Of a stretch of DNA of 64,000 bases, positions 14,999 to 28,400 are shown in pieces. The position numbers were made by a program, and so were the translations under genes. The DNA is taken from the NCBI RefSeq assembly GCF_006345805.1, contig NC_043007.1:59024001-59088000 (forward strand), in the 5' to 3' direction. The first letter of the stretch is position 1; every line of letters starts with the position of its first letter. The notes beneath the pieces were generated by a model. That model was not told the origin of the DNA, searched no databases, and saw only the letters and a list, made by a program, of their open reading frames with translations. The DNA is from Octopus sinensis (Eukaryota).

Positions 14999-15776
14999 GT
15001 AGAGTAAAGTAGGTCAGGTGTGTGATATATAAATGTGGGTGGTGGTGCAAATGTGCATGAATGCTTGTCCTTCCCTTCGTAGCCCATCTTGAGAAATAAC
15101 AGTCTGGGCTAACAGTAACATTACTTTAGTAGAACAAGTATACTTTTATGTTCAGCAAAAAGGAAACTGAAAGAATAATTTGTTAGATACAGTCATATAA
15201 ACACACACACACACAGAGCTATATCTAAATATTTTGATGGTTTTTACATACATTTTCATAACATTTACAGCTAGTATTGTGTTCTTCATTCTGTACTAGT
15301 AGCAACTGAGTCAGAGCAAGGAAATCTAAATTATTTTGAAGCACAAAGACATCAAGAATGGACAATTTACAAGAAAACATTTTTTACAACACAAACACAC
15401 ACACAAAATTGACATTTTAAAATAAATTAAAAACAAAGAATGTTACCTAAGTTGAATAAAAAATAAATATTTGCATGTAAATATTCTACAATAAAAATAT
15501 TTTGGTAAATTTATAATTGGGTATTGAATTTCTAAATTCCAATAACCCTATTGAAAACAGGATAAAATTTCTGTGATAAAAATATATTGATATATATATA
15601 TATGAGATAAATATATATTTTTTTCCATTTTCTCTCCTTTCTACAGGAACTTACAATAGTTATTAGCACCTAATATCTTTGTAGTGTTAAAAGATATTAA
15701 AATAGAATCTAAGAAAGAACTTCTTTCAGTGTCTTCTTCAAACAAAACTCTCCAATGTTAGTTCTTCAATCAGCCA

Positions 15777-15800
15777 TCACAAAAGAACTTTTTCCAGCCA
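15777..15800 (-). CDS. Calpain terminal coding exon 18 (WLEKVLL-stop)
   Basis: Acceptor tctttcttttaatttcag then TGG CTG GAA AAA GTT CTT TTG TGA; equivalent to the calpain C-terminal WL..... Confidence 0.85.
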   Translation of the reverse strand, partial: WLEKVLL

Positions 15801-15848
15801 CTGAAATTAAAAGAAAGAGTAAAAGTGATTTAAAAGAAAATAATACAA

Positions 15849-15880
<32 letters not shown>

Positions 15881-16070
15881 ATAACCAAAACAGTTTCTGT
15901 TCCTAATTGTCATTATTTTAAACCAATTCACTTACACTGAAAATATGTTAGTGAAAGGCATTAATGCTATACAATCGTATTTCTTTCTCTTTCTCCTATG
16001 AATCTGAAACAATGAATCTATCTGAGAAAGGGAAAAAAAATAATAAGTCTATCATATATGTGTGTGTATA

Positions 16071-16149
<79 letters not shown>

Positions 16150-16348
16150 TTATATTCTTTTATTTATTTTAGTCATTTGACTGCGGCCATGCTGGAGCAC
16201 CACCTTTAGTTAAACAAATTGATCCCAGGACTTATTCTTTGCAAGCCTAGTACTTATTCTACCATCTCTTTTGCCGAACTGCTAAACTACGGGGATGTAA
16301 ACACACCAACATTGGTGTCAAGCAATAGCAGGGGTACAAACACAGACT

Positions 16349-16416
<68 letters not shown>

Positions 16417-19400
16417 ATGTGCTTCTTTCAGTTTGCATATACCAAATCCACTCGCCCAAGGTGCCATGCAGTGGGACTGAACCTGGAACCATGTGATTGA
16501 GAAGCAAGCTTCTTACAACACAACCACTCCTGTGCCTGTATATACACAGGGTTGGCCAAAAGTCACCCAAAAGTAAATTAAAATTCAATAAATACATAAT
16601 ATTCAATTTTATTTATTCATTCCAATTATGAAGTCATTCAAAGACTTCAGTTTGAACAGTTTTCACATTTCATATGTAGATGCTTTTATTAAATTCATTC
16701 AGTTGTGAAATGGCTTTGATTTACTGTCAGATGACTTTTAGCCAACCTTGTATATATAAGTATATATTTATGTGTGTGTATGTGTTTGTGTCTGTGTTTG
16801 TCCCCCAACCCCAGCCACCATCGCTTGACAACTGATGTTGGTGTGTTACGTCCCTATAACTTAGCAATTCGGCAGAAGAGACCAATAGAATAAGCACCAG
16901 GCTTAAAAGAATAAGTCCAAAGGTTAATTTCTTTGATTAAAAGCTGGTGCTCCAGCATGGCCACAGTCAAATGACTGAAACAAGTGAAAGAATAAAAGAA
17001 TAATAATAGCATGCCCTGATCCAGTACTAAGAAGTGGCTCTCATGACTTCTAATCTTAACTGATTGGAAGTGTTATCATGTCTTGGTATAAAAGGATGGG
17101 CTACAGTAAATATTCTGCTCAAAACCACAGATTTGCTTGTCAGTTGCTTGACCTTCACCAAGTGAGCATGTTCATTAGTGGCTGACGATATGTGCATCTC
17201 TGCTCAAAGGCAGGAGTAGTGGAGAAGCATCATAGCCAGGTGTTGAGAGGAATTCCTTGTGTTTGAGAAATTTAACTCTGGAAACATAGGTGTTTTGTTC
17301 ATCACCCTCAAACAACCCTCATTCAAGGACCTTTTGAGCGGGATGAGCTACTCAACCTGAAGAAAATCCTAACAGGGCCCTACCTGTAAAGTGATGCACT
17401 GTTTATCTTAATGCAAGGTCATTATATGGTGCACATATGGTTGTGATGCATGTGTCTGGTGTACCCTTATCAGATGGGTATGTTTGGTTTCATATATTTG
17501 TACCCCAGTGTCACTTTGATGGCATGCGCAGCTCTCTCACTCAATAATAATGGTTTCAAATTTTGCCACAAGGGCAGCAACTTCGTGGGAGGGGATGAGT
17601 CAATTACATCAACCCCAGTATTCAAGTGGTACTTATTTTATTGACCCTGAAAGGTTGAAAAGCAAAGTTGACCTTGGCGGAATTTGAACTCAGACTGTAG
17701 CAACAGGCTAAATACTACTAGGCATTTCATCCAGTGCACTAATGATTCCACCAGCCTGTTGCCTTAATAATAATAATGACAATAATGACCAACCATTATG
17801 CAATTTAGTATCAATAATTCGGAACAATTATTCAAGAAAGTTTTGTCAGAAGAGTAATAAAAGTAGTAGTCTACAACAGAGTACACTGCCACTACCACTG
17901 TTATACAGAAAGAAGAAAACATTTTGCTCAGAAAGATAAACGACTGTTGTCCAACTTACTTTCTCAATGGTCAAAATGATCTGACCCTTTTGTTGGGAAG
18001 CTTTGAATGTATCTGAAAGAAAGAATACAGAGTGATAATATTGAGAAAAAATATATATATATATATAATTGGGAAATGAAGTAGTGGTGTACATATATCA
18101 GATTTACACTTAAGACACTCATACCAGTGACACGTAAAAGGCACTCATGCCAGTCTCACATCAAAGGCACCTGTGCCAGTGACACATTAAAGGCACCTGT
18201 ACTAGTGACATGTTAAAGGCACACATGCCAGCATGGAAAACAGATGCTAAATGATGATGATGATGGATAAGCCAATGATGGGGCTTTTATATATTCAGTT
18301 GATATACTAAAAATATTTGGTAACTGCATTCAAATTTCACCCTACCATCTTCAAAAGAGGAAGAACAGTTTGGTTGATAACAACTAGAGAATATCCAAAA
18401 TTTAAAAGAGAGGGAGAGAAAGAGGTGAACAGTTATGGTCAGAATGGTTTTGATCAAGGCACCTCTACCACATTAACATCTGAGGCTTCTATTGGGCATC
18501 AGATCGAAGGACAAGCAATGCTTTAGTCCAGTGGTTTTCAACCAGGGTCCATTTGGCTTTTGGGTGGGGGCCATATAAGATTTGGGCCATATAAGATTTT
18601 CCTGTTAAAATTTATCTGCACCATGTTGGTTATACTCCAACAATACACAAAATATTTTTTTCAATACAATTTCTAATAATATTTAATTATAAAAATATGA
18701 TTTTTTAAATATTGAATGGCTAGGAAGATACATCCAAGTAAAATTGGAATTAAAGCAGACATAAGTAAAAAAATAGTTGAGAAACACTGTTTTATATCAT
18801 TAAACATGGCTGTAATGCAACATCCAGTAGTCTTAGCTTTAACATCAATAGCTGTGGGGAAGAAAGTGTGATAGTTTTGGGAAAGTAAGTATGGGAGTTG
18901 TGGGGAAGGGAGAGTGATAGCTGTGGGAAGAATGTGTAAGTCATAGAAGACTATGTATATACATATATGTGTGCATGTGTTTGTAAACCTGTACATGTAT
19001 ACTCACACACATCCTTGAAAATATATAAATTTGCAAAAAAGCTTATCCAACATGTAAAGTAGTAAAGACAAGGAATAAAAGAAAACCATTGGCACAGGTG
19101 CCTTTTACATATCACTGGCATGGGTAAAAGGCACCCGTGCTGGTGACATGTTAGGGGTTTCCATGCAAGTGACACTGTTACAGGCACCCATGCTGGTGAC
19201 ACATTAAAGGCTCCCCATGGCAACAACATGTTAAAAGCACCCGGTACACTCTATAGAGTGGTTAGCATTAGTAAGGAGATCCAGCCATAGAAACCATGGC
19301 AAAGCTGACTGGAGCCTGGTGCAGCTCTCCAGCTTACCAATTCCAATCAAACTAACACATGGCAGCATGGAAAATGGATACTAAATGATGATGATCATAT

Positions 19401-22400
19401 TTGAAAAACAGTGGTGGAGTGAGTAAAGAATATACTGAAAGCAGAAACAGTCGCAACAGAAGACACTTACTAAAATGTTTCATCAAGTTCGTAACACAGA
19501 GGAGAAAACTATTCATGTTGACTGTCCAATCTTTGTCTACATAATGGAAGCAAAGTATTCGATGAATGCTGGAACTCATTTTATAACCTGTCACATAAAG
19601 GAAGAATAAAGAATTATTATATGAGGCAATATTGTTATATGAGATGAAAGATAGAAGCAGCAGCCAAACTACCCTCTACTCCATACTATTTTAACAAAGA
19701 AAATAGAATGGTTGCAGAGGGAATTCCTTTCCTCATCAACAGAACAATCACAATTTTACTTTATCAGACTGGAGCCTGGTGCAGCCTTTTGGCTTGCCAG
19801 TCCTCAGTCAAACCATCCAATCCATGCCAGCATAGAAAGCAGACATTAAATGATGGTGATGAGTCAATGATTGTACGATTTATATTTAACCATTGTCATC
19901 ATCATCACCATTTAACATCCATTTTCCATGCTGGCATGGTTAGACGGTTTGACAGAAGTTGAAGAACTACCCATGTCTGTTTTGGCATGGTTCCTGTAGC
20001 TGGATGCTCTTCCTAATGCTAATCACTTTACAGAATGTACTGGATGCTTTTACACAGCACCAGCATTGGTGCTTTTACATGCTGGTACCACATAAAAGGA
20101 CCCATGCCAATAGCATGTAAAAAGCACCCAGCACACTCTGTAAAGTGGTTGGTCTTAGGAAGAGCATCCAGCTATAGAAACCATACCAAAACAAACATGG
20201 ACCCTGGAAAGCTCTTCAGCTGGCCAGCTCCTGTCAAGCTTTCCACTCCATGCCAGCATGGAAAATGGATGATGATGGTTAAATAGAAATTTTACAATTA
20301 TAGCAAACACTATGTTTGTTAACACATTATGTTTTAATGTACTTAATGTGCCATATAGTATATGTAGATGCGATTTGTTTAGCTCTTGTATAAACTAGAT
20401 AAATCTTCTCTTAGAGAGGATACGTATCTTAAGTAACATACATAGATGACAGCCAGGTGAAGTGAGATATGCAGAATAAGATTTACTAAGTAAATATACA
20501 ATGAAAGACCTGTAGTAGATCTGAGTTCAAGATCTTTGAGCTAATAGTAGTTTAATACTATGTCTATTCAGCCATTTCTCTAGTGTTATGTCCTGCCCTT
20601 GGAAATAGAAATGTATGGACAGAATTATTGGGAGTTTGATCTAAGTACCACTAATGTAGTGATCAAGAACATTGTATAAGGGATAAGGTTTCGTTAATTT
20701 TCTCATCGAACACTACATTAGAGATGGTTACAAGCAGGTTTATTATTTTTGAATATTGCACCATTTCACTTGGAAGTATGGGAATAATAAATTAAAATGA
20801 GTTGAAAAAGTCTGAAAATTTGAATATTGGAGGGAATCTTCGCCCCAGAGTTGACTGATACCTTCCATTACTGATGATAAACTACACCAAAAACAGCAAT
20901 ATAATGGTAATAGCTGTTTTTCAGTTAGGTTAACAAGTAATGTGGCTTGTCCAATACCCCTGGCAGAATATTTAAAATGCAATATTTCATAGATTTTGCA
21001 TTTGTAGTCCAGCAATGTAAATACACAAGTAAAGGGTTTCTGTATCATCAATATATTCTAATGGTAGCATTTCCATGCTACAATGAGTTAGCTAGATTTG
21101 TCATGCAGTATATCTGAACATCTCTTAATAAGGTATTATCTCCTCTATGAGGCTAATCATTTTGAAACCTAATTTTGCTTTATCTGTCAGGTTTTCTTTG
21201 ATTACTTTCAACCATAGTATATCCTAAAATACAAAGCAACCCTCATACTAGAAACTGAACTGACAAGGAGCCAATGTGTATTACTAAACCTGTAAGAAAT
21301 AACAGAAAAATTTCCTGACAATCTTAAATAAAAAAAAATGTAGACTTAGATACACTGAAAAAAGACAGTAAAGTCAGAGATGGAAAGTCTTCATTCATAG
21401 CTGCTCGAGTATCATTGGACTAGAACTATACAACCACAACATGCAACAAGGAGAAATGTTCCATGTTATCCCAGTATGTTACCATGACATCATCAAGCTT
21501 TCAACTTTGATCTATGAATTAATTCCTTATCAATTATTTAGTCCAACTCAGTTAAATTTCCACTGAGAAACTGTCCTGCCTATTTAGATCTCATAGTTGT
21601 GGCCCTGAAGGCAGTTGCTACTAGATTTGTTATTTCAGAATCTAATTGTCACCAGGAATATTAAAACAATGCTTTGTACACCTCAGCTAACCTCTCTAAA
21701 CCCTTTAGCATTTAAGCTGTTCGTATCTGGCCTCTTACACCTACCCTACAATACCATTTAAAAATATACATCAAAATCTTGAAGCTATGAGACAATGCAT
21801 GATTAATTCAAAACAACGTGAATAAGTGACAAAGTAATATGAATGCTAAAAGGTTAAGACTTCTACTAGAGATAATTCTTCCTCTAGATGTAAAATAAAA
21901 CGGATACTAAAAAATAGCATAACAGGGGTGAAATAACTGAGTGGAAACTATATTAGACTATCAGTTTAATTAGTATGTCTTTTGACTGGACACTGTAGTT
22001 AATACTGGCTCTATGGAGCTCTTTGGCTTGTGAAAGCATTAAATAACTTATATGGTACTTATTGTCAGTGGCATGGTGCTGCATTGCATTGAATAAAGCC
22101 CTGTGAAGTTGTGAATCAAAATTAAATATGCTCAGGTGTATATGTAATATAATAATAATGGACTTAATGTATATAATGCTCAGGTGTACTACAACTCATC
22201 AGAAATGGTAGCCAAAATTGCATGTACAGTACACAGAATAATACACAGAAAGTAAACAGTGAATGAAGGGCAGGGAGGACATCAGGTGTGCTATTGGGGA
22301 ATTTCAAGAAGCATGGAAGTTTTGAAGGATGCAGTGTCCTAACAATTGAAATGAGTAGTTTATTCCATGCTTCAGTGATTCCGAGACAGGCAAAATGTTT

Positions 22401-25400
22401 CTGAAAGTTATGGGTGATGTGTTGTTTTGTGATTTTGTAAGGATGTCCACAAGTGTTTGACATATGGAATTCTAAAAGGCACTGAAAGTTGTTTTCAGAA
22501 AGATGGTGGATAATTTTGTGGGTATTTTCCAAGTCAGTTGCTTGGGAAGCAAGATGTTCAGAGTATGGTAGATGCCTGAAGGTAGGTATTCATCTGGTTG
22601 CACATTTCTGAATTTCTAAGCAATTTTCAGGAGATTCATATCTTGAGTAAGATAAGAGTTCCAGACTGATGATACAAATTCTAAGTGTGGATGTACCATA
22701 GCCACATTAAGTTTTAAGTAGATAGCTGAAGAGCAGCTGTCAAAGAGCTTACTGAGTGATGCTAAGACACCCTCAGCCTTCTTGACAATTTTAGAAACAT
22801 GGTTTGTCAACACTGTTAACTATAATATCCAGGTCACATTCACTAGTAGACTTATGAAGTTGTGAAATAAGATTAAATGAGTCTAGGAAGTAATTGAGGG
22901 AAAAGCGTTGGTTAATAAAAACAAGAAGCTGTTGTGAAATCAACTTCATAACAATATATAAAGGCCCTGTAATTTACAAGTTTGTAACAATGAGAACTTA
23001 CCAGTAGCAGTGATTGCACGTTGGAGTTCAAAAGAGTTTAGAGAACCAGTTTTATTGGCATCAAATGTTTGGAAAATTCTCTGGTAATAGAAATGAAATG
23101 TAATGAAGAATTGTGTTACTTAATTGAGAAACCTAGCTGGAAATATGCACAGGAGTGGAGTTGAGAATAAGCTACAAGCAAACACTTGTTTTAAAAAAAT
23201 ACCCGAATTTGCAGGTCATCTCAGAATGGAAAAAAATCAATGCAAATGCAATTCACAAACATGTAATTTATATAATACATAAATATGTAGAGATATTGGT
23301 ACCAAGTATTTGGTTAACTCAAAGAGTATTAGATTGACATGGTGAAATGAATCTTGGTTGAGGCAGCTTAAGAATGACCTTCAAACCGTAATATCTGTTA
23401 GGTTTGATAACAACAAGAAAAATACTTTTCTGAAACTTTATTGATGTTATTAAAACTTGAAATAATACCCCACCCATGTCATGAGGAAATTATGGCATCA
23501 ACGATGCCATAGGTTTGCTCAATGTAGCAATAAAAACAAATTTTCCCCAACAAACCCCATATAAAGTTTAAAATGGAAACTTTATATTTAAAGAGTTAAA
23601 GTTTTATCATAGCACCCACTCTCGCTAAATAATGATTAAAATGTTTATTTGCTGAGATATTTCTACATTTTGATCTGCTCATTCAGAATTAATCAAAAGA
23701 TGGAGGAAACCGCCAAGCAGCAATACCATTAATACAGATCTGCCAGGTAGCATGTTCTCTTCTAACACAGTTGACTGTTGATGTTGTTGTTGTGACATTT
23801 CAATATTGTTACAGACTGATTGCAAGATACTCCTGAAGTCTAAAAACGGTGCAGGTAGGAATTCAAGGAGTTTACCTAAATAAGTACTCATTAGATAATA
23901 CATAATAAAATGCCATTGTCCAGTAAGCAGCCAGCCACCATCCTCTACTCTGTAAGATATATCCACTTCCTTTGTAAATATAAGGATACATGTCCAAGAA
24001 AAAGGCTGCAACATGAATACACAGAGGTATAGTGAACATACAAAACAACAGAGGGGAAAAAGAGAGGGCGGATGAAAGCAAACTTGTTTCCTTGACATAT
24101 TGAACCACAATAAAAGTATATGAACAAGGAATAATTGCAATGAAACTGGGGGAAAAAAAAGAAATGTAAGAAATATTTGGGAAACAATAGAAGCATCAAA
24201 AGCTGGAATATTTACCCGCCATGCAAGAATATAACTCCATAAAACAAGGAATTCTGAAAAACCAATCTTTCCAGAATTGTTTGTCTGAGAAAAAAAGTTA
24301 AGGATTTTGGTACTTGAAACAGATCATGAATGGTATTTTAATGTAGAAAAGGGGGCTTTGGAAGATCATAGAGAAGTTCAGCTGCCAAGACAAATTTATT
24401 GGAATGGTGTGACAGTTCCATGATGGCATGCTTTCTTGAGCACTGGACAGTGGAGATACTTCCAATGCATTCCCAGTCACTAAGAGTCAAACAGGGCTGT
24501 GTACTTGCACCTATGCTGTTTGGAATGATGTTCTCAGCTATGCTGTCAAATGCCTCTTGTAACAACAATGAAACCAGCATCAAGATCAGATTCAAGGCTG
24601 ATGGCAGACTCTTCAACCTGCAGAGGCTACAGGCCAAGACCAAGGACTCGGCGAGCAACTTCCTGTTTGCAGATGACTGCGCATTCAATGCCGCTACAGA
24701 AGCCCTGATGCAGCAGGGCATGATATGCTTTTCTACTGCCTGCAGCAACTTTGGCCTAACAATCAGTACTTGGAAGACAGAGGTCATGCACCAACCTACC
24801 ACACAGAGGAATATGGAATCAGCTATCATTGTCAAAGAGGAAACTTGAAGATTGTTGATAAGTTCCTTGGTAGCACACTTTCCAGACCTGTCAACATTAA
24901 CAATGAAGTTGATACACATATTGCCAAGGGAAGTTCAATATTCTGGCAGCTATGTGAATTAGTGTGGGAAAGGAGAGATATTAGGTCTCCAAGTTGAAGG
25001 TGTACCATACCCTATACCTGCAAGACTTGGGCAGTCTATGAATGCTACGCCAAAAAGCTAAACTGCTTCAACATGAACTGCCTGAGAAGGCAGTGGAAAA
25101 TCACCAGGCAAGACAAGGTCCCAAACACAGAGGTCCTCATTTGAAGCGATCTACCAAGAATTTATATACTGCTGAGGAAAGTGCAAGTCAAGTGGGGAGG
25201 TCACCTTGTTTGAATGCCTGACACATGACTCCCAAGAGACTGTTTTACTGTGAACTGCTGAAAAGCAAGCACATGCAGGGTGGACAGAAAAAGTACTTCA
25301 AGGATACACTCAAGAGCTTTGAGATCAACCCTTGACCTGAGAAATGCAAGTGCAAGACTGCACTGCCAGGTAAATCTGCACCAGCAGAGGTGTCACCTTC

Positions 25401-28400
25401 TATGAACAGAACTGGATTGTAGGGGCACAAAGAAGATGCAACCTGCACAAGTCCAGAACTAACTCCTGATCTTCAGTCCCAGCAGACCATCAGTGCCCAA
25501 TCTACAGAAGAGCTTTCTAAGAATACATTGGACTGATTGGTCATAGCCAGATATACCATGCCCTGACTTCTCCCATATTATGTCTTTGGTCATCATAGAC
25601 GACAGACAAATTAATGATAAATAGAAGAGCATGGCTGGAGGAGTTAACAGAAGACTTGATAAACAGCTTGATAAAAAATGCCCTTTTTAATGCCAACCAC
25701 TCCACAATATGTACTGGGTGCTTTTTATGTGGCATCAGCACTGGTATTAAATCTGCTGTGGTGGACAGGTCTTCTTGAGTGCAGCAGTGCACCAGATATC
25801 TCAGTTCTTTGTCACCTCCTTTGTAAGGCTCAGTATCTTGAGATCTGCCTTCAAGACTTTATTCTATATGTCTTCCTGGGTCCCCTGTTTCTACAAGTTC
25901 TTCAAATTAAATAAATGATGCTTTTGTATGCAACTGTCTACATTCATAAGCTCCACATGCAAACCAGCACAATCTTCTCTCTTCCACACTGCATTTAATT
26001 CCTGTTATGCCCAACTTCTTCCTCAATTGGAGAACTATTATCTTGTCTGGAAACAAGTGAGGAGTGGAGACAAGAAGGATATCCAACTGTAGTAAATTTG
26101 CCTCAACAACTTCTGTTGTTCTCATACAAGAATGGAAAAGTGTACCTTAAAACAATGACGAGGAAGATGATGAAATGATGATGATTTAGTTTGGTGCCCC
26201 CTAACATTTCTACCAATTTGCAATGACAAATAAATATTGTATGAAAGGATACATCCATGAGAAAGACAAAATTCTTGCATGTATCCAAGCCAGTGTAGTG
26301 ATAAGGGATATCTGAAATATACAGTAAAAAAAAAGTAAACTAATATTTAAAGAATAAAAGAATACAAATATTAAAGTTAAAATGCTATCTTTGATCCCAG
26401 ACCAAAGATCAATTAGCTACACATTATCTAGCTATGAAATAATGTGCCAATTTCTCAAGTGAAGAGAAAATTTATATTATACATGTTTTTCTTTCCTTTA
26501 TTTTCCAGCCTTTTAAGTAAAAAGTAGATCAGACAAGAATTCAAATACACTGTTAGTGTTTCATTGTGTTACTGGGGCTTCATACTTTATTTTTCATAAT
26601 CTCAGTTCACCCAGGTACAGGTAAATATGTACCAAGTTATCTGGAGGTTATAGATCAGCATCTTCTCCAAGAAGAAAAATTTATCTTTTGTATGCTTCTT
26701 GCTATGAAAACAAAACTACTCACTGGTCCTTGAGAGGAATATATATTGCTTGTGTTTATGCTAGTATATGCTTGATAGACATGAGCTATATAAATGCAGA
26801 AAGAACAAAGACAGCAAAAGTAATTACAAAATGAAACACTGACTAACCATGTTTAAATTCTTCATCCAAGATATTGTGTAATTCAAAGGAGTCAATTTCC
26901 ATATCCTGTAAACATCAAAACAAACATATCAAATAATTGTGTCTTAAAACACATGCAATCCATACCAGCATGAGAAAGCAAACATAAAAACATTGATGAT
27001 GATAAGCGATTTCTAAAAACAGAAAAGCTTTAAATTATAATGGTTTCTTTTTAATCTAGCTATCTGTGTATGTATCAGGCTGAATAAAAAGTAAGCAACG
27101 TTTTGAAACATGAAATTCATTACAATATATTTCAACAATACAAAAATGTTATTCATCAAATTAAGTACCACTACAATCAATACATTTTTACCAACGAGTT
27201 ACAAGTTTGTTTATTCCAGTAACATAAAAATTTGGAGTTCTGAAGCTGATGAACTCTTTGAATGCACTTTCAGCATTGGTTTGATTTTGTAACTCCCCAC
27301 ACAGGAAACCATCAAGGTGGTTGAAAAGTGGTAGTCGGTAGGAGAAAGGTCTGGGTAATAAGCTGGGTGGGGATGAACTTTGTAGCCAAGTTCCCTCAAC
27401 TTCTGGAGTGTTATTAGTGAAATGTGTGGTCAGGTATTGTCATGAAGAATGATTGGCCCTCTTCTGTTGACCAATCTGGGACAGAGGAGTAGCAGTTTTT
27501 CATTCATTTTGGCAATTTCATGGCAATATGTTTCTGCAGTAACAGTTTTTCAAGGTTTTAAGAAGTTGTAGTGGATGAGTCCAGCAGTACACCACCAAAC
27601 AGTCACTATAACCTTCTTTTACAAGAGCTCAGGTTTAGGGAAGGTTTTTCGGTGCTTCATTTTGGTCCAGCCACTATGAAGAACGTTTTTTTTAATTATT
27701 GTACAGAATCCACTTATCATCACAATTTACAATACAATCAAGAAATGGATCAGTCTGGTTATGAAGAAGCAATGAGCAAATTTCATATCTGCACAGTTTC
27801 TGATTTTCATTCAAGTCATGTGGTACCCATTTGTTGAGCTTTTTTGATTTTCTGATGGCATGCAAACAGTTGCTGGCAGTTTTCTGGCTAACTTGAAGTT
27901 CTTTTTCCAGTTCTCGAGTGGTTGTAAATGAATCTTTCTCATTGATGATCTTTAATTGACCGTCATCTATGACAAATGGGTGTCCACTACACTCACGATC
28001 TTCAAGGCTCAGGTCCCCACTGCAAAATCGTTTAAGCCATTTTCAAACTGACCACTCACTGGTCATTTCTTCACCAAACATTTCATTAATATCACAAGCA
28101 GTTTCAGCTACTTTACGTTCTTTTTGAAGTTGAATAGCAAAATTGCTTGAATAGCACACTTTGACAGTTCCATTTCAGATGATTGTAACAATAGTGAAAA
28201 AAATATCAATGTTAATTTATTGATGCATTTGAGCAAGTCTATGTATTATCAAACAATTGCATAAAAATGCTTAATAAAATTCAAAACTCTAAAAATCTGG
28301 TACAATTCTTTATGGTTCAAAACATTGTTTACTTTTTACTCAACCTGATATATATACGTGCATGTAGTGGCACACAAACACACATTTATATATGTAGGTG

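Noticed and set aside
23679-23877. Minus-strand ORF ending in a hydrophobic tail (…[19 protein letters not shown]) as an alternative membrane-anchored terminal exon
   Set aside because: The long frame needs a phase-1 junction but exon 14 ends in phase 0; the compatible frame stops after 11 codons
26480-26626. Plus-strand acceptor/donor pair (possible antisense exon)
   Set aside because: Stops in all three frames, and such signals are common in AT-rich DNA; unsupported without RNA data
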